Shown here: positions 51,745 to 64,000 of the stretch, piece by piece
Layout of the letters: each line of letters begins with the position of its first letter
Position numbering within the stretch: the stretch's first letter is position 1
Assembly (NCBI GenBank): GCA_951406725.2
Contig: OX597825.1
Span: 25,482,001-25,546,000 of the forward strand
Length of the DNA stretch: 64,000 nt
Direction of reading: 5' to 3'
From: Octopus vulgaris
Lineage: Eukaryota
Program-made: the position numbers and the translations under genes
The notes under the pieces: generated by a model
The model's database searches: none
Told to the model about the DNA's origin: nothing
The model's input: only the letters and a program-made list of their open reading frames with translations

Positions 51745-52164
51745 TTCCAAATTTTGGCACAAGGCCAGCACTTTTGGGGGAGGGCATAAGTTAATTAAAT
51801 CGACCCTACTGCTTAACTAGTATTTATATTATCGACCACGTAAGGATGGAAAGCAAAGTCAACCTCTTTTGCCGAACCGCTAGGTTACGGGGACGTGAAC
51901 ACACCGCCATCGGTTGTCAGTCGATGTTGGGGGAAAAAGCCACAAAAACATACACACACACATATACACAAACATACACACACACACATATATATATACA
52001 TATATACGATGGGCTTCTTTCAGTTTATGTCTACCGAGTCCATTCACAAGGCTTTGGTCGTCTCGAGGCTGTAGTAGAAGACACTTGCCCAAGGTACCAC
52101 GCAGTAGGAACGAACCCGGAACCATGTGGTTGGTAAGCAAGCTACTTACCACACAGCCACTCCT
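51745..52164 (-). mobile_element. SINE A 5' part fused to a SINE B 3' part
   Basis: 51862-52164 is family A; 51745-51862 is family B tail. Confidence 0.75.
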
Positions 52165-52339
52165 TTTTAGTTACGCTATCTTAAATACGTTTCATTAGCA
52201 AGATAATTATCACTTACAGTTATATAATCAACAAGTGTTGTCTACAAGTGTGTTTAAATATGTTTATATATATATATATATATAAATATATATATACGTA
52301 TATGTATGCATACATCTATCAATCAATCTATCTATTTAC

Positions 52340-52644
52340 CTATCTAAGAGACAACGAGAGGTAAGGCGACTCACTCATGTGTTCATTTTCGAACTGTCTT
52401 GGTCTTTTTTGTAGGTTTTTCTTGTAGGTTTTGTAGGTTTTTCTTTCCAAGGCTACACCTAAACTGTGAACTTTATATATATATATATATTACTTTTTTA
52501 TACACTACACAACCCACAGATCCCTATTGATCGAACGTCTTTTCTTTGTGTGTCCCACCCATCCCACCTCGAAAAGAAAAAACTCTACATTGTATTTCGT
52601 CCATTTTTATTCTGTGTTTAGCCCTGTGTTGCCACAATAAAAAG

Positions 52645-52730
<86 letters not shown>

Positions 52731-52739
52731 GTCTATCTG

Positions 52740-52834
<95 letters not shown>

Positions 52835-52885
52835 GTCTATCTGTCTGTCTTTCTGTCTTTCTGTCTTTCTGTCCTGTCTGTCTAT
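52340..52885 (+). mobile_element. LINE 3' UTR fragment followed by long (TATC)n
   Basis: ..gatccctattgatcgaa..aaagaaaaaactctac..ctgtgtttagccctgtgttgccacaataaaaag + (TATC)n. Confidence 0.6.
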
Positions 52886-53552
52886 AAGTATGTGCGGTGT
52901 TTAGGTCTATGTATGCCTATGTATATAAGCTTATCTTCCTCTCTTTTTCTTCACCCCCACCACCGCGTCTGCGTGCGTGTGTGTGCGTGTGTGCGTCAGT
53001 GTGTCTGTGTATGCGGATTGTATTTGTGCGTATACTTATATATTATTAGCGAACGTTTATGTTTGCTCAGATAAATATATCTATGATACCCACTGGAACA
53101 GAAAACAGGCGCTCGTTGCCAAGTTTTAACGCAAGTTTTTAACGCACATCAAAGGAAAATAACAGATAAAGAAAACAAACAAAAAACAAAACAATAAAAC
53201 AGCCAGATAGAAAATGACCACAACTACTTCAGAGATTGTCTGATAGCATTCTTTCTCCTGTCTGTGCTACGATAAATTCCTCTCCACTATCTGACATCCG
53301 CATCATATTCCTTCACTAGCGCTTTCGGTGCAGTCGCGAGCCATATCCGCGATAGGAAATATTGTCATATTTTCAATCTAGTAATGTTAGAGCCATTTCG
53401 TCCGTCTTTACATTCTGAGTTCAAATTCTGCCGAGGTCAGCTTTGCCTTTCATCCTTGGGGGTCGATAAAACAAGTCCCGTTTAAAGATTTGGATCAATG
53501 TAATCCACTTCCGAAATTGTCCGGCCTCTACCAACGTTTCAAACCAATATTA

Positions 53553-54126
53553 TATTGGGTTGTCCAGAAAGTTCGTGTCAATTTTTAAAGGAAAGAAAAA
53601 GGTCAATAAATACTTGCCAATACATTTTTGATCAACCAAATATGAACCATTTTGTTGCACAATGTGTCTCCATCTTTCCTTTAACTTGAAAATACCCTCT
53701 TCCCAGAATTGAGGTGGTTTCATGGCAAAGAATTCATCAAGGTTTCTTTTTACGTCATCCAAGGAATTGAAATGTTTACCGTTAAGTCTATTCTGCAGAG
53801 ACCTGAATAAGTGGAAATTCGAAGGAGCAATATCTGGTGAATATGGAGGGTGGGGTAACACATCCAAGTCGAGCTGCAGCAATTTTTCTCTGGTTTCCAA
53901 AGCATCAAGTGCCGAAAATGAACTTCCTTATCTTTCATTTTAAAGGGTTACAGAATTGACACAGGTTATAGGAACATAAACCTTCTTCCACGAAAAGATA
54001 GCTTAAACTGTGCTCTAAATGGAGGGAGGTGTAGTCAAATCCTATTTTATGGATTCAACCATGTTCTAAAATACGTCGAAAGGTAAGCTACTATAAATTG
54101 GCACGAACTTTCCAGACAACCCAATA
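53553..54126 (-). mobile_element. Internally deleted mariner element with both TIRs
   Basis: TIRs tattgggttgtccagaaagttcgtgtcaattt / aaattggcacgaactttccagacaacccaata; MKDKEVHFRHLML joined to VLPHPPYSPDIAPSNFHLFRSL..WEEGIFKLKERW. Confidence 0.93.
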
Positions 54127-54242
54127 CATAGTAATGACACGTCTCTGACGATTTTAAATGATGATTGTAGAATTTGCATTATGTAACAATTTATCACCTT
54201 ATGTTAATGAAACTTAGGGAAGGTAGCATAACTAAATATAAT

Positions 54243-54458
54243 GGCTTCAAATTTTGCCACAAGGGCAGCAATTTTGGTGGCGGGGATGAGTCGATTACGT
54301 TGATCCCAGTGCTCAACTGGTGCTTATTTCATCGACCCCAAAATAATGAAATCAAAGTCGACCTCGACGGAATTTGAACTCAGAACGTCTTTAAGACGTA
54401 CGAAATACCGCTAAGCATTTTCCTCGGCGCGCTAATGATTCTGTCAGCTCGCCGCCTT
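54243..54458 (-). mobile_element. SINE family B (alternative tail) with TSD
   Basis: TSD taactaaatataat at 54229-54242 and 54463-54476. Confidence 0.85.
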
Positions 54459-54632
54459 GGTGTAACTAAATATAATATAAACAATCTGTCATGCTTTGTC
54501 AATATTTGGACAATCCCAAATATATATCATTATTATTTCCGCAAGTCCCATCGTTCCCTCTTATCCATGAAACTGTATGTGGCCTACTACGATCCTTCCT
54601 ATAGAGCAAATTAGCAGACCCTGCTGAACACA

Positions 54633-54837
54633 CAGGGTGGCCCCAAACTAGGTTTACAGTTATTCGACTATCTCTTTCGCATTAACAGTTTAGATCTTAA
54701 TTATAAAAAAAATATGAAACCATTATTCTACGCTAATTTAGTTAATTGTAAGATAAAAATTAAAATATAATAAAATGTTTTAAAAGAAATTTAAAGTGAC
54801 AACGTGATAACTGTAAACCTACTTTTGGGCCACCCTG
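54633..54837. mobile_element. Tc1/mariner-type MITE
   Basis: TIRs cagggtggccccaaactaggtttacagttat / ataactgtaaacctacttttgggccaccctg followed by TA. Confidence 0.85.
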
Positions 54838-56539
54838 TACGTATACTCACCCTGTATTTGTTTTACGTCTAGATCGCTTATATTCAACACATCCTCGCAG
54901 ACTTTGATTTAGAGCAAGCCTCATGGGAATCTGTACACTTTATAAATCGGTTGAAAAGTTCAGAAAAATGGTGTATTTGCACAAAGAATCAGAAATCTTT
55001 GCTTTTTATCTTTCCTGTATATTTATTTCACATAGATGTTGATAATAACTCCATAGTCTTATTTGTTGTTGAGCACTCTCGGGAAATAAATCACTTCATT
55101 GGAGGTCTTAAATTTTTATTGTAAGTTTCATGCACATTTAAATAGCTCAGAAGCACTCAGACACCGATGTATGTATATATGTATGTATGAATTTATATAT
55201 ATATATATATATATATGTGTGTATACATGTACACAGACTTACACATACACACGTCCTTTTAGCTATCTCTCACACAAAATTTTCGCTTTGTCTCTGTTTT
55301 AATTTCCTATTTCTTGTGGATATGATAGCTTACTAATATTAATGTTAGCTTCGTGCCAAGAAATAACGACGCAAAGTATTATTTTACGTATGAAAACTTT
55401 CATCGTGAAATCCATTGTATATAAAAAGTCTATCTACTTTTGGTGACAACTGTTTGGACGAACATTTGATAAATCTTTCCAAAAGTCATGAAACCGAATA
55501 GCATTTAAGATGACAGAAAGAAATTCTACATTGGTAATGGAATATGTTAAAATCATTTTTCTTGCCTCAATAAAAATTGAAAATAAGCTGGCACTTATCT
55601 TCAGTTTGGTTAACTTTAATCGGATGAGAAATATATTCTGTTTAAATGGCTTTTTAGTTTCTAGCTTCAGTTTCTTATTCTCACTCACAGAAAGGATTCA
55701 CATCGTCCAGAATTCGTAACTTAAGAAATAATTTACGTTTCTTTGCAGTCGATAAAAAAGAACACCCACGATCATCTATTATTACAAAAATCTTTTATAG
55801 ATTTCTCATTTACATCCCAAACCCAATAGGATACTAAAAATACAGAAGATGGTTTATAGTAGAATATTTTTTTTATTGTGAATTTTGTTTTACTTTTTCG
55901 CGTCCTTCCAGCAAGTCGACTTCGTAGTAAAACGTATCTATCTGAAATTCGGTTGAGTTTGTAAATCGTAATACGAAAATGATATCGTCATTTTCACCAA
56001 TAATTCATGCTTCGCAATGAAAGCAAATAATCTAAAATGAATAAGCACTGAAGGTAGGGGCCGAAGGTGGCTGAATTAATAGATCCATAGAAAACGAAAG
56101 CAGGAAAAAAAAAAAAGAAAACGTTTTGTGGTGTTTGGTTGCGTCCTTTTAGATTCTTTTTGGTTCAAATATCACCAACGTCTACTTTGTTTTCCTTCCG
56201 GCATCGCTAAAATAAACTCGGAATCATTGGCCTCTAGCTTACCGTGCTCTTCCACAAAATGTGTGGTCCTGTTACATTTGGTATCATTATTAAGAGAAAG
56301 TATAAATAAGTTAAGTTCAACATTTTTCTTTGTTATGGTTCATATCTTTCACACACACACAGACACACACACACACACGTACATAAAGCGGGCCTGTAGT
56401 AGAAAGTGCAGATCATTGAAGGAGTCGCGAATGGCGACGAAAAGTCTTTTACAAAACTAGCTGATTGATTAAATGAACGAACGAGTAATCAAACAACAAA
56501 TTAATTAATTGTTTAAATGTTGACTAATGATAATCCTTT

Positions 56540-57100
56540 CTATTATAGGGATAAGGTCTGAAATTCTTGGTGAGGGAAAAAAATCGATTACATCGACCCC
56601 AGTGTCTCGAAAGGATGAACACAGAGAGGACAAACAAGGATAGTCAAAGGGATTAAGTCGATTACATCGACCCCAGTGCATAACTGGTACTTATTTAATC
56701 GACCCCGAAAGGATGAAAGGCAAAGTCGACCTCGGCGCCCGAAAGGATGAAAGGCAAAGTCGACCTCGGCGCCCGAAAGGATGAAAGGCAAAGTCGACCT
56801 CGGCGCCCGAAAGGATGAAAGGCAAAGTCAACCTCGGCGGAATTTGAACTCACAACGTAACGGCAGACGAAATATTTATTACCCACAAGGAGCTAAACAC
56901 AGAGAGGACAAACAAGGACAGACAAACGGATTAAGTCGATTACATCGACTCCAGTGTGTAACTGGTACTTATTTAATCGATCCCGAAAGGATGAAAGGCA
57001 AAGACGACATCGGTTGGAATTTGAACCCAGAACGTAACGGCAGAGGAAATACCACTAAGCATTTTACTCGATATGCTAATGATTCTACCAGCTCGCCGTC
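56540..57100 (-). mobile_element. Family B SINE multimer with internal 4x34-bp tandem repeat
   Basis: cccgaaaggatgaaaggcaaagtcgacctcggcg x4 at 56704-56839. Confidence 0.85.
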
Positions 57101-57120
57101 TTATATTTAATAATAAAAAT

Positions 57121-57175
<55 letters not shown>

Positions 57176-57817
57176 GTAATAATAATAATAATAATAAAGA
57201 AATGAAATAGGACCAGTGTGTGTGTGCTTGTTGTTGACATAATAAACCTCCCGTGACACAGCAAAATCTGTTTTAACATACGAGTTTATATTAAGAATCT
57301 TAAGAACGAAATACAAAAATGAAATCTAGTTTATGGTATCTATCGAAAATCGAAAGCAAGAGATTCAAATCCCGTTGCAATGTCAGCTCTTGAAAAAGGA
57401 CCATTTTCCTCGCATTTTTGTGGTTTGATCTACGTAATATGATTCAATCAGTATAGTTTTCGGTTGCCTGCTGGTGCTGATCAAATACATTATTTAACTG
57501 GTTCTTATTATCTTTCTTGTTATCTGAACTCTTGTCTCTCTATGTCTACATTCTGATTTTTCAGATATAGGTTCAAAGAAATAGTTTCTTAGTAAGAATT
57601 TCTTCTTAAGAAACATCAAATTACTTTATTAAATAAAATCTGATTCACTGCTTTTAATAACTAATCCACTGTATCCAAACGGCTACAGTGAATATTATAA
57701 TTAATTAGAGATGTGTTCCTATCTATTATGTTGTGAGTCAGGAATAACAGGGCAGAATAAAGACTGCAGAGGATATAAAAAGGAAATCTTTATCGCAAAT
57801 ACGTTACTGAGATATCG

Positions 57818-58192
57818 GTTTGGCACAAGGCCAGTAATTTCGGGGGACGACGCAAGTCGATTACATCGAAACCCCCCCCCCAGTGTTCAAATAGTACTTA
57901 TTTTATCGATACCGAAAGGATGAATGGCAAAGTCGACCTCGGCAGGATTAGAACTCTGAACGCAAAGGCGGACAAAATGCCGCTAAGCACAAGGCCAGTG
58001 TTTTCGGAGGACGACGAAAGTCGATTACATCGACCCCCCCAGTGTTCAATTGGTACTTATTTCATCGATAGCGAAAGGATGAATAGTAAAGTCGACCTCG
58101 GCGGGATTAGAACTCTGAACGCAAAAACGGACAAAATGTCGCTAAGCGCTTTCCTCAGTGTGCTAAACATTCTACCAAGCTCGCCGCCTTAA
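57818..58192 (-). mobile_element. Family B SINE dimer
   Basis: Two ~165-bp units; flanking duplication ttactga(g/a)atatc. Confidence 0.8.
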
Positions 58193-58615
58193 TTTTACTG
58201 AAATATCAAAGTGTTTTCTTTATGTTTTTCAGTTTGATTATACAATATTATGCAATCGGAAGGGCCAATTCTTTGCACGAATTGTTCTAGCCTTTTGTAT
58301 TAAAAGTTCAAATGCTATCAAGTTCATCTTGGTTTTCCGATTTTTCGTTGTCGATAAATAAATTATCAATGAACTACTTGAACATTTTTCTCCTCATCTC
58401 CTTCTCGCTCTGTCTCTTCGCAGGTTATAGCAGATGAGTCATTGCGATACTTGGCCCCAAGAAATGGGGGAAGGTCGAATAAGGGGTTAGCGACGTTACA
58501 TGAATTGTCCACAGAAAACAGAGTTGGTGGGTATAGAGGGAATGGTGATCTATACAGAATGATTTAAACATAAATATACTATCGCTATTAACATCATTTT
58601 CCCCCTGCATTGACA

Positions 58616-58720
<105 letters not shown>

Positions 58721-59764
58721 TACACAAACATACACATGCACATATACACACTTATATATGTATACATACATACACACATATATATATACATATATATATA
58801 GAGAGAGAGACAGGGAGAGAGATAAAGATATTGATAAGTTATTTGTTAGATTACAAAAGTGTTCACTAAGGATGAAACTCTGAAGTCGAGAGAGAGGGAG
58901 AGACAGACAGACAGACAAAGTGAGGAGAGAAAGTGAAAGTGAAAGAGTGAGGAGAGAAAGAAGCAAAGGGTGAAAGAGTGAGAGAAAGGGTTGTCAAGTA
59001 GGTTTTTTTTTTCTAGGAGACTGATGTAGCAAATACACCACAGGATGGAATAGACGGTATAAAAAGCTGTAGCAGGGAGGCAACTTTTGCAGACGAGAAA
59101 GAAAGAGGGACCGAAGGTGGCATTGCAATTGAAAAAAGAGACCCGAGACAGGAAATGAAAGAAAGAAAGAAAGAAAGGAAAAGTAAGGAAGAAAAAAGAG
59201 AGGAAGCGAGAATTGAAACAGCGGAGCTCTCACAGTATATGTCTAATCCAGCATTGTATTTCGAATGAACAGTCCACAATGGTATAAGAAAATTCTTTGG
59301 AATGCATGACATAATAACACATAAACAGCTGGATGAAGGTGTGGTAATTTCCCGCCAATTCTAACACTGACAATGAAAGAATGCTGGTGGTCCATTCTTC
59401 AACCGGAACATGCAACGAAACTAACAAATGTCTTTAATAAAAGAGAACACAAAGTTTGATGCAGTACAATATAATTCGTGTCAAATGTTACAAAAGTGTA
59501 AATATAATCGACATTGATTCACATTTGGTCTTTCTTTCCTTTCTCTCGGACGAAAATATTAAAATATCTTCAATTATTCATAATAAATTTTTGCGATAAA
59601 TTTTTTGAAGGAATTTTAGTGGTTGAATTGCATAAATATTTTTGTGGAAAAAAAAGGGGAGTTCGTTTAAAGACTATATTCCACTTTACTACTTGAAAAC
59701 AAAGAAAGCAAGACAAGAACAAACAACTTGATGTTGATGCAGGTATTGTGGGTGTTCATCATTT

Positions 59765-59766
59765 TC

Positions 59767-59813
<47 letters not shown>

Positions 59814-60506
59814 GAACATTGTCATCTTTCTTCTCTGCTCGTTGTCGTCATGATCATGATCATAGTTACCATAGTTTCCGTTGTTTCTTCTTCTTCTTCT
59901 TCGACTTCTCCGTCTCGTCCTCTCTTTCCTTCTCCTTCCTATCCTCTTCCTCCTCCTTCTCTTCCTCATCATTTCCTTCTTACTCCCATCCGTCTCCTCC
60001 CTTCCTCCTCTTCCTCCTTCACCGTCTCCATCCCCTCCTTCTTCTCTTCCTCCATCTCCTCTCCTCCCCCTTCCCCTCCTCCTCCTCCATATTCTCCCTC
60101 TTCTCCTGCTCCCATTTCTCTTCCTCCCTCTTTTCCTTGTCCCTCTTCAACTTATTTTCCATCTCCTTCTCCACCTCCCACTTCTCTTCTTCCTTCTTCT
60201 CCTTCTCTTCCTCCTCCTCCACCTTCTCCTCCTTGTCCTTGTAACAATAATAATAATAATAATAATAATTGATACAGTTATACTAATTCTATTAATCTTA
60301 AATATAATCTTATTAATATTTTATCCTTTTAATCAATTATTAAGTAATGTGAGAATCATTTTCACTTTTTATGATACCCCAAAGGAACACTTAGTGTCAC
60401 CAGTATAACCGTCATAATAATAGTAATAATAATAATAATAATAATAATAGTAATAATAATAATAATAGTAATAATAATAATAATAATAATGATAATAATA
60501 ATAATA

Positions 60507-60537
<31 letters not shown>

Positions 60538-60560
60538 TAGTAATAATAATAATAATAATG

Positions 60561-60632
<72 letters not shown>
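59765..60632. repeat. (GAT)n, C/T-rich low-complexity tract and (AAT)n
   Basis: Direct reading. Confidence 0.9.
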
Positions 60633-61011
<379 letters not shown>

Positions 61012-61029
61012 TAATAATATTGATAATGA

Positions 61030-61412
61030 TATAGAAATCAGCAAAATGTGGAACCTGAAGACTAAAACAATACCTGTTGCCATAGGTGCCCTGGGAATGA
61101 TAGCAAAAGGGGCTGATTGCTACTTAACTCAGACATCAGGAAACCCGAAAATGGCAGAAATTCAAAAGATAGTGCTCATGGGAACTGCTCATATCCTACA
61201 CAAAATACTATCTATGTAATCTCAAGTTTTTAAAACAAACAATTTTCGTATGTTTTTTTTTAGGCATTCACTATTACAACACTAAGCACAAAACCAAATA
61301 TATGGCACCCTAGGCATAACACCAACACGAACTTCCAACTTGTTGCCTCTTGAGGTCTCTGGATGAGACTTGGAGCCAACTTGTGCAAATGTAAAGCAAA
61401 AGTCAAACATAT
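61030..61412 (+). mobile_element. R4/Dong-clade 5'-truncated copy in (TAA)n
   Basis: IEISKMWNLKTKTIPVAIGALGMI..EIQKIVLMGTAHILHKILSM* plus the same 3' UTR as 34425. Confidence 0.85.
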
Positions 61413-61416
61413 AACA

Positions 61417-61468
<52 letters not shown>

Positions 61469-61470
<2 letters not shown>

Positions 61471-62023
61471 CCCTGATGCAGTACCAGGCAGTGGCTCTCA
61501 TGGCTTCTGATCTTAACTGATTGGAAGTGTTATCATGTACATTGTTTTGTCTTGGTATAAAAGATGGGCTACAGCAAATATTCTGCTCAATACCACAGAT
61601 TTGCTTGTCAGTTGTTTGACCTTAACCAGTTGAGCATGTCCCTTAGTGGCTGACGATATGTGCATCTCTGATCACGAGCAGAAGTAGTGGGGGAGCATCA
61701 TAGCCATGTGTTGAGAGGGATTCTTTGGGGTTTGAATAGTTCACCTCTGGAAACATGGGTGGTTCTTTCAACATCCTTAAACAACCCTTATTCAGGGACC
61801 GTTTGAGCAGGATGGGATACTCAACCTGAAGAAAATTCTAACTGGGCCCCACTTGCAAGGTCATGTGCTGTTTATCTTGATATGAGATCACCATGTCGCG
61901 CACATATGGTTGTGATGCATGTGCCTGGTGTACCTTTATCAGACGGGTAGTCATGATGGGTATATTGGGCTTCGTATATTTTACCCCAGTGTCACTTTGA
62001 TGGCATGAACTGCTCTCTCACTC
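61469..62023 (+). mobile_element. Apparently full-length ~555-bp non-coding element flanked by (TAA)n
   Basis: Same 5' end (tgccctgatgcagtaccaggca) and 3' end (ctcactcaataat) as the 34923-35360 copy. Confidence 0.85.
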
Positions 62024-62061
<38 letters not shown>

Positions 62062-62081
62062 TGATGATAATAATAATAATG

Positions 62082-62113
<32 letters not shown>

Positions 62114-62116
<3 letters not shown>

Positions 62117-62417
62117 GACCTGGAAATAGAGGTAACTAGAATGTGGAATCTGAAAACAGAAACAATTCCTATCATAGTAGGTGCATTAGGCATGATAAAA
62201 AAATATTCAGACAAATATATAACAAAAACACCAGGACTTACAAACACATATAACATACAGAAAATTGCACTACTAGGCACTGCACACATCCTACGCAGAA
62301 CACTTTCCATACAATAACCATCAGAGCATCACAACAAATCACAGCACATACCCAAGGCACACAGAGCTGCGCTCGGTAGTGAAGTGAAAGCACGCTATAA
62401 AAATAAAAATAAAACTA

Positions 62418-62422
<5 letters not shown>
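62114..62422 (+). mobile_element. Second R4/Dong family 3' fragment in (TAA)n
   Basis: KDLEIEVTRMWNLKTETIPIIVGALGMI..NIQKIALLGTAHILRRTLSIQ* with a distinct 3' UTR. Confidence 0.85.
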
Positions 62423-62497
<75 letters not shown>

Positions 62498-62974
62498 CAA
62501 CAATAATAATAATTTAAAATTTTGGCACATGTCCGCAATTTAGTGGGATGGTGTAGGCTGATTATATTGACCTCAGTGCTCATCTAGTAACTGAAAAGAC
62601 GAAGTTTCGATCACGGCGGTATTGGAACTCAAACCGTTAACAATGATAGTCATAGTAAAAATTATTATAACCATTATTTCATTTAGCATAAGCATTAAAT
62701 ATTTTAATGTAATCGACTTTTGAATTTATGCCAGTTGAAAGGAAAATGATGAAGAAAATGAATATAAAAGCGAACAACACTAAAAGACAAAATAAATAAA
62801 TAAATAAATATTTCGCTGATTTTGCAAAAGTCACAGATGTTGCAACGTAAAAAAGAAAGAAAAAAAGTAAAGAGAGAATATATAAAAGAAATAGAAAATG
62901 GATAAAGGAACAAATTAAAGAATATATAAAATGGAAGTGGCCCACCTTTCTCAGTAATCATCTTCTTCTCTCTT

Positions 62975-63017
<43 letters not shown>

Positions 63018-63020
63018 CTC

Positions 63021-63052
<32 letters not shown>

Positions 63053-63135
63053 GATAAACTATCTGTATGTATGCGTGTGTAAACATAAATATATAATGTA
63101 TATATACATATATGTGCATACATATCACGTATCTG

Positions 63136-63224
<89 letters not shown>

Positions 63225-63539
63225 CTATATATGTGTGTATGTATACACCAGTATTTATGTATATATGTATGTATAAATAATAAAAAAACATACGTAATAT
63301 GTATGGGAAGTTGCCTATGTATATATATTCATGCGTATGCAAATGTAAGGCAAAAAATACATACATGCATATATATACATATATAGTATATATATGTGTG
63401 TATGTAGGTATGTATGTATATGCATGTTTGTGAGTATATCTTAAAACATATTTACCAGTTTAAACTGTTTTTACATTTTTTTTTACCCTACAATCATATA
63501 TCGATGAACAGCCGCATATACATGCTTACCTATACAAAC

Positions 63540-63624
<85 letters not shown>

Positions 63625-64000
63625 TCACAGAAAAAGCAAAACATAAGAACGACCAGGTTAAAAAAACAGAGAAATACAAAAGCGAAGATATATCATTTTT
63701 ACCCCGGCAAATATTTCTTAAGAAAATATCGGTGAGAAAATATATTAAGAAATTTTGTTTATCAAACATTCATGATAGACACACGTTCAAGTAATTCAAA
63801 CACTTGTGTTATTTTCTGTGAAGAAAAACAAACAACACGAACACGTCTAAACAAACACACACGCGCGCGCACAAATACACCCATGCGTAGAACCACACCC
63901 ACACTCCTTCACAGGCACACACCTATGTACACAGCTACTTATTCAGCTGGTGTCATATGGTGTTGTTAAGATTCACGTTTACTCGATAATTCAAAAGTCA

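Noticed and set aside
53550-53900. Mariner ORF as SETMAR or an active transposase
   Set aside because: N- and C-terminal pieces are fused by a large internal deletion inside a 574-bp TIR-bounded element; no SET domain
56704-56839. 34-bp direct repeats resembling a CRISPR array
   Set aside because: No spacers, the unit is an internal SINE segment, the context is eukaryotic, and there are no cas genes

Overview
Eukaryotic, AT-rich, repeat-dominated DNA with no convincing intact host gene. The extreme microsatellite load ((TA)n, (CA)n, (TATC)n, (TAA)n, (CAT)n, (GAA)n) and the tRNA-derived SINE families point to an octopod cephalopod (Octopus-like) intron or intergenic region; this is inference, not a database result. 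Almost all ORFs in the track are microsatellite translations. The real protein-coding signal is decayed transposon sequence: several Tc1/mariner remnants and MITEs, L1/Tx1-type and RTE-type LINE fragments, a Penelope-like RT+GIY-YIG fragment, R4/Dong-type restriction-like-endonuclease tails embedded in (TAA)n, and a non-autonomous Helitron. The most notable structure is a set of short microsatellite-flanked foldback inserts. Some are perfect 39-79 bp palindromes, and several carry intact or degenerate minimal hammerhead-ribozyme cores (CTGANGA...GAAA...UH), suggesting Penelope-derived self-cleaving mini-elements. Also notable are SINE multimers inserted as single events with recurrent junctions, SINE head/tail swapping, and a ~555 bp non-coding (TAA)n-associated element with fixed ends. 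All coordinates were read by eye and repeat boundaries are approximate.
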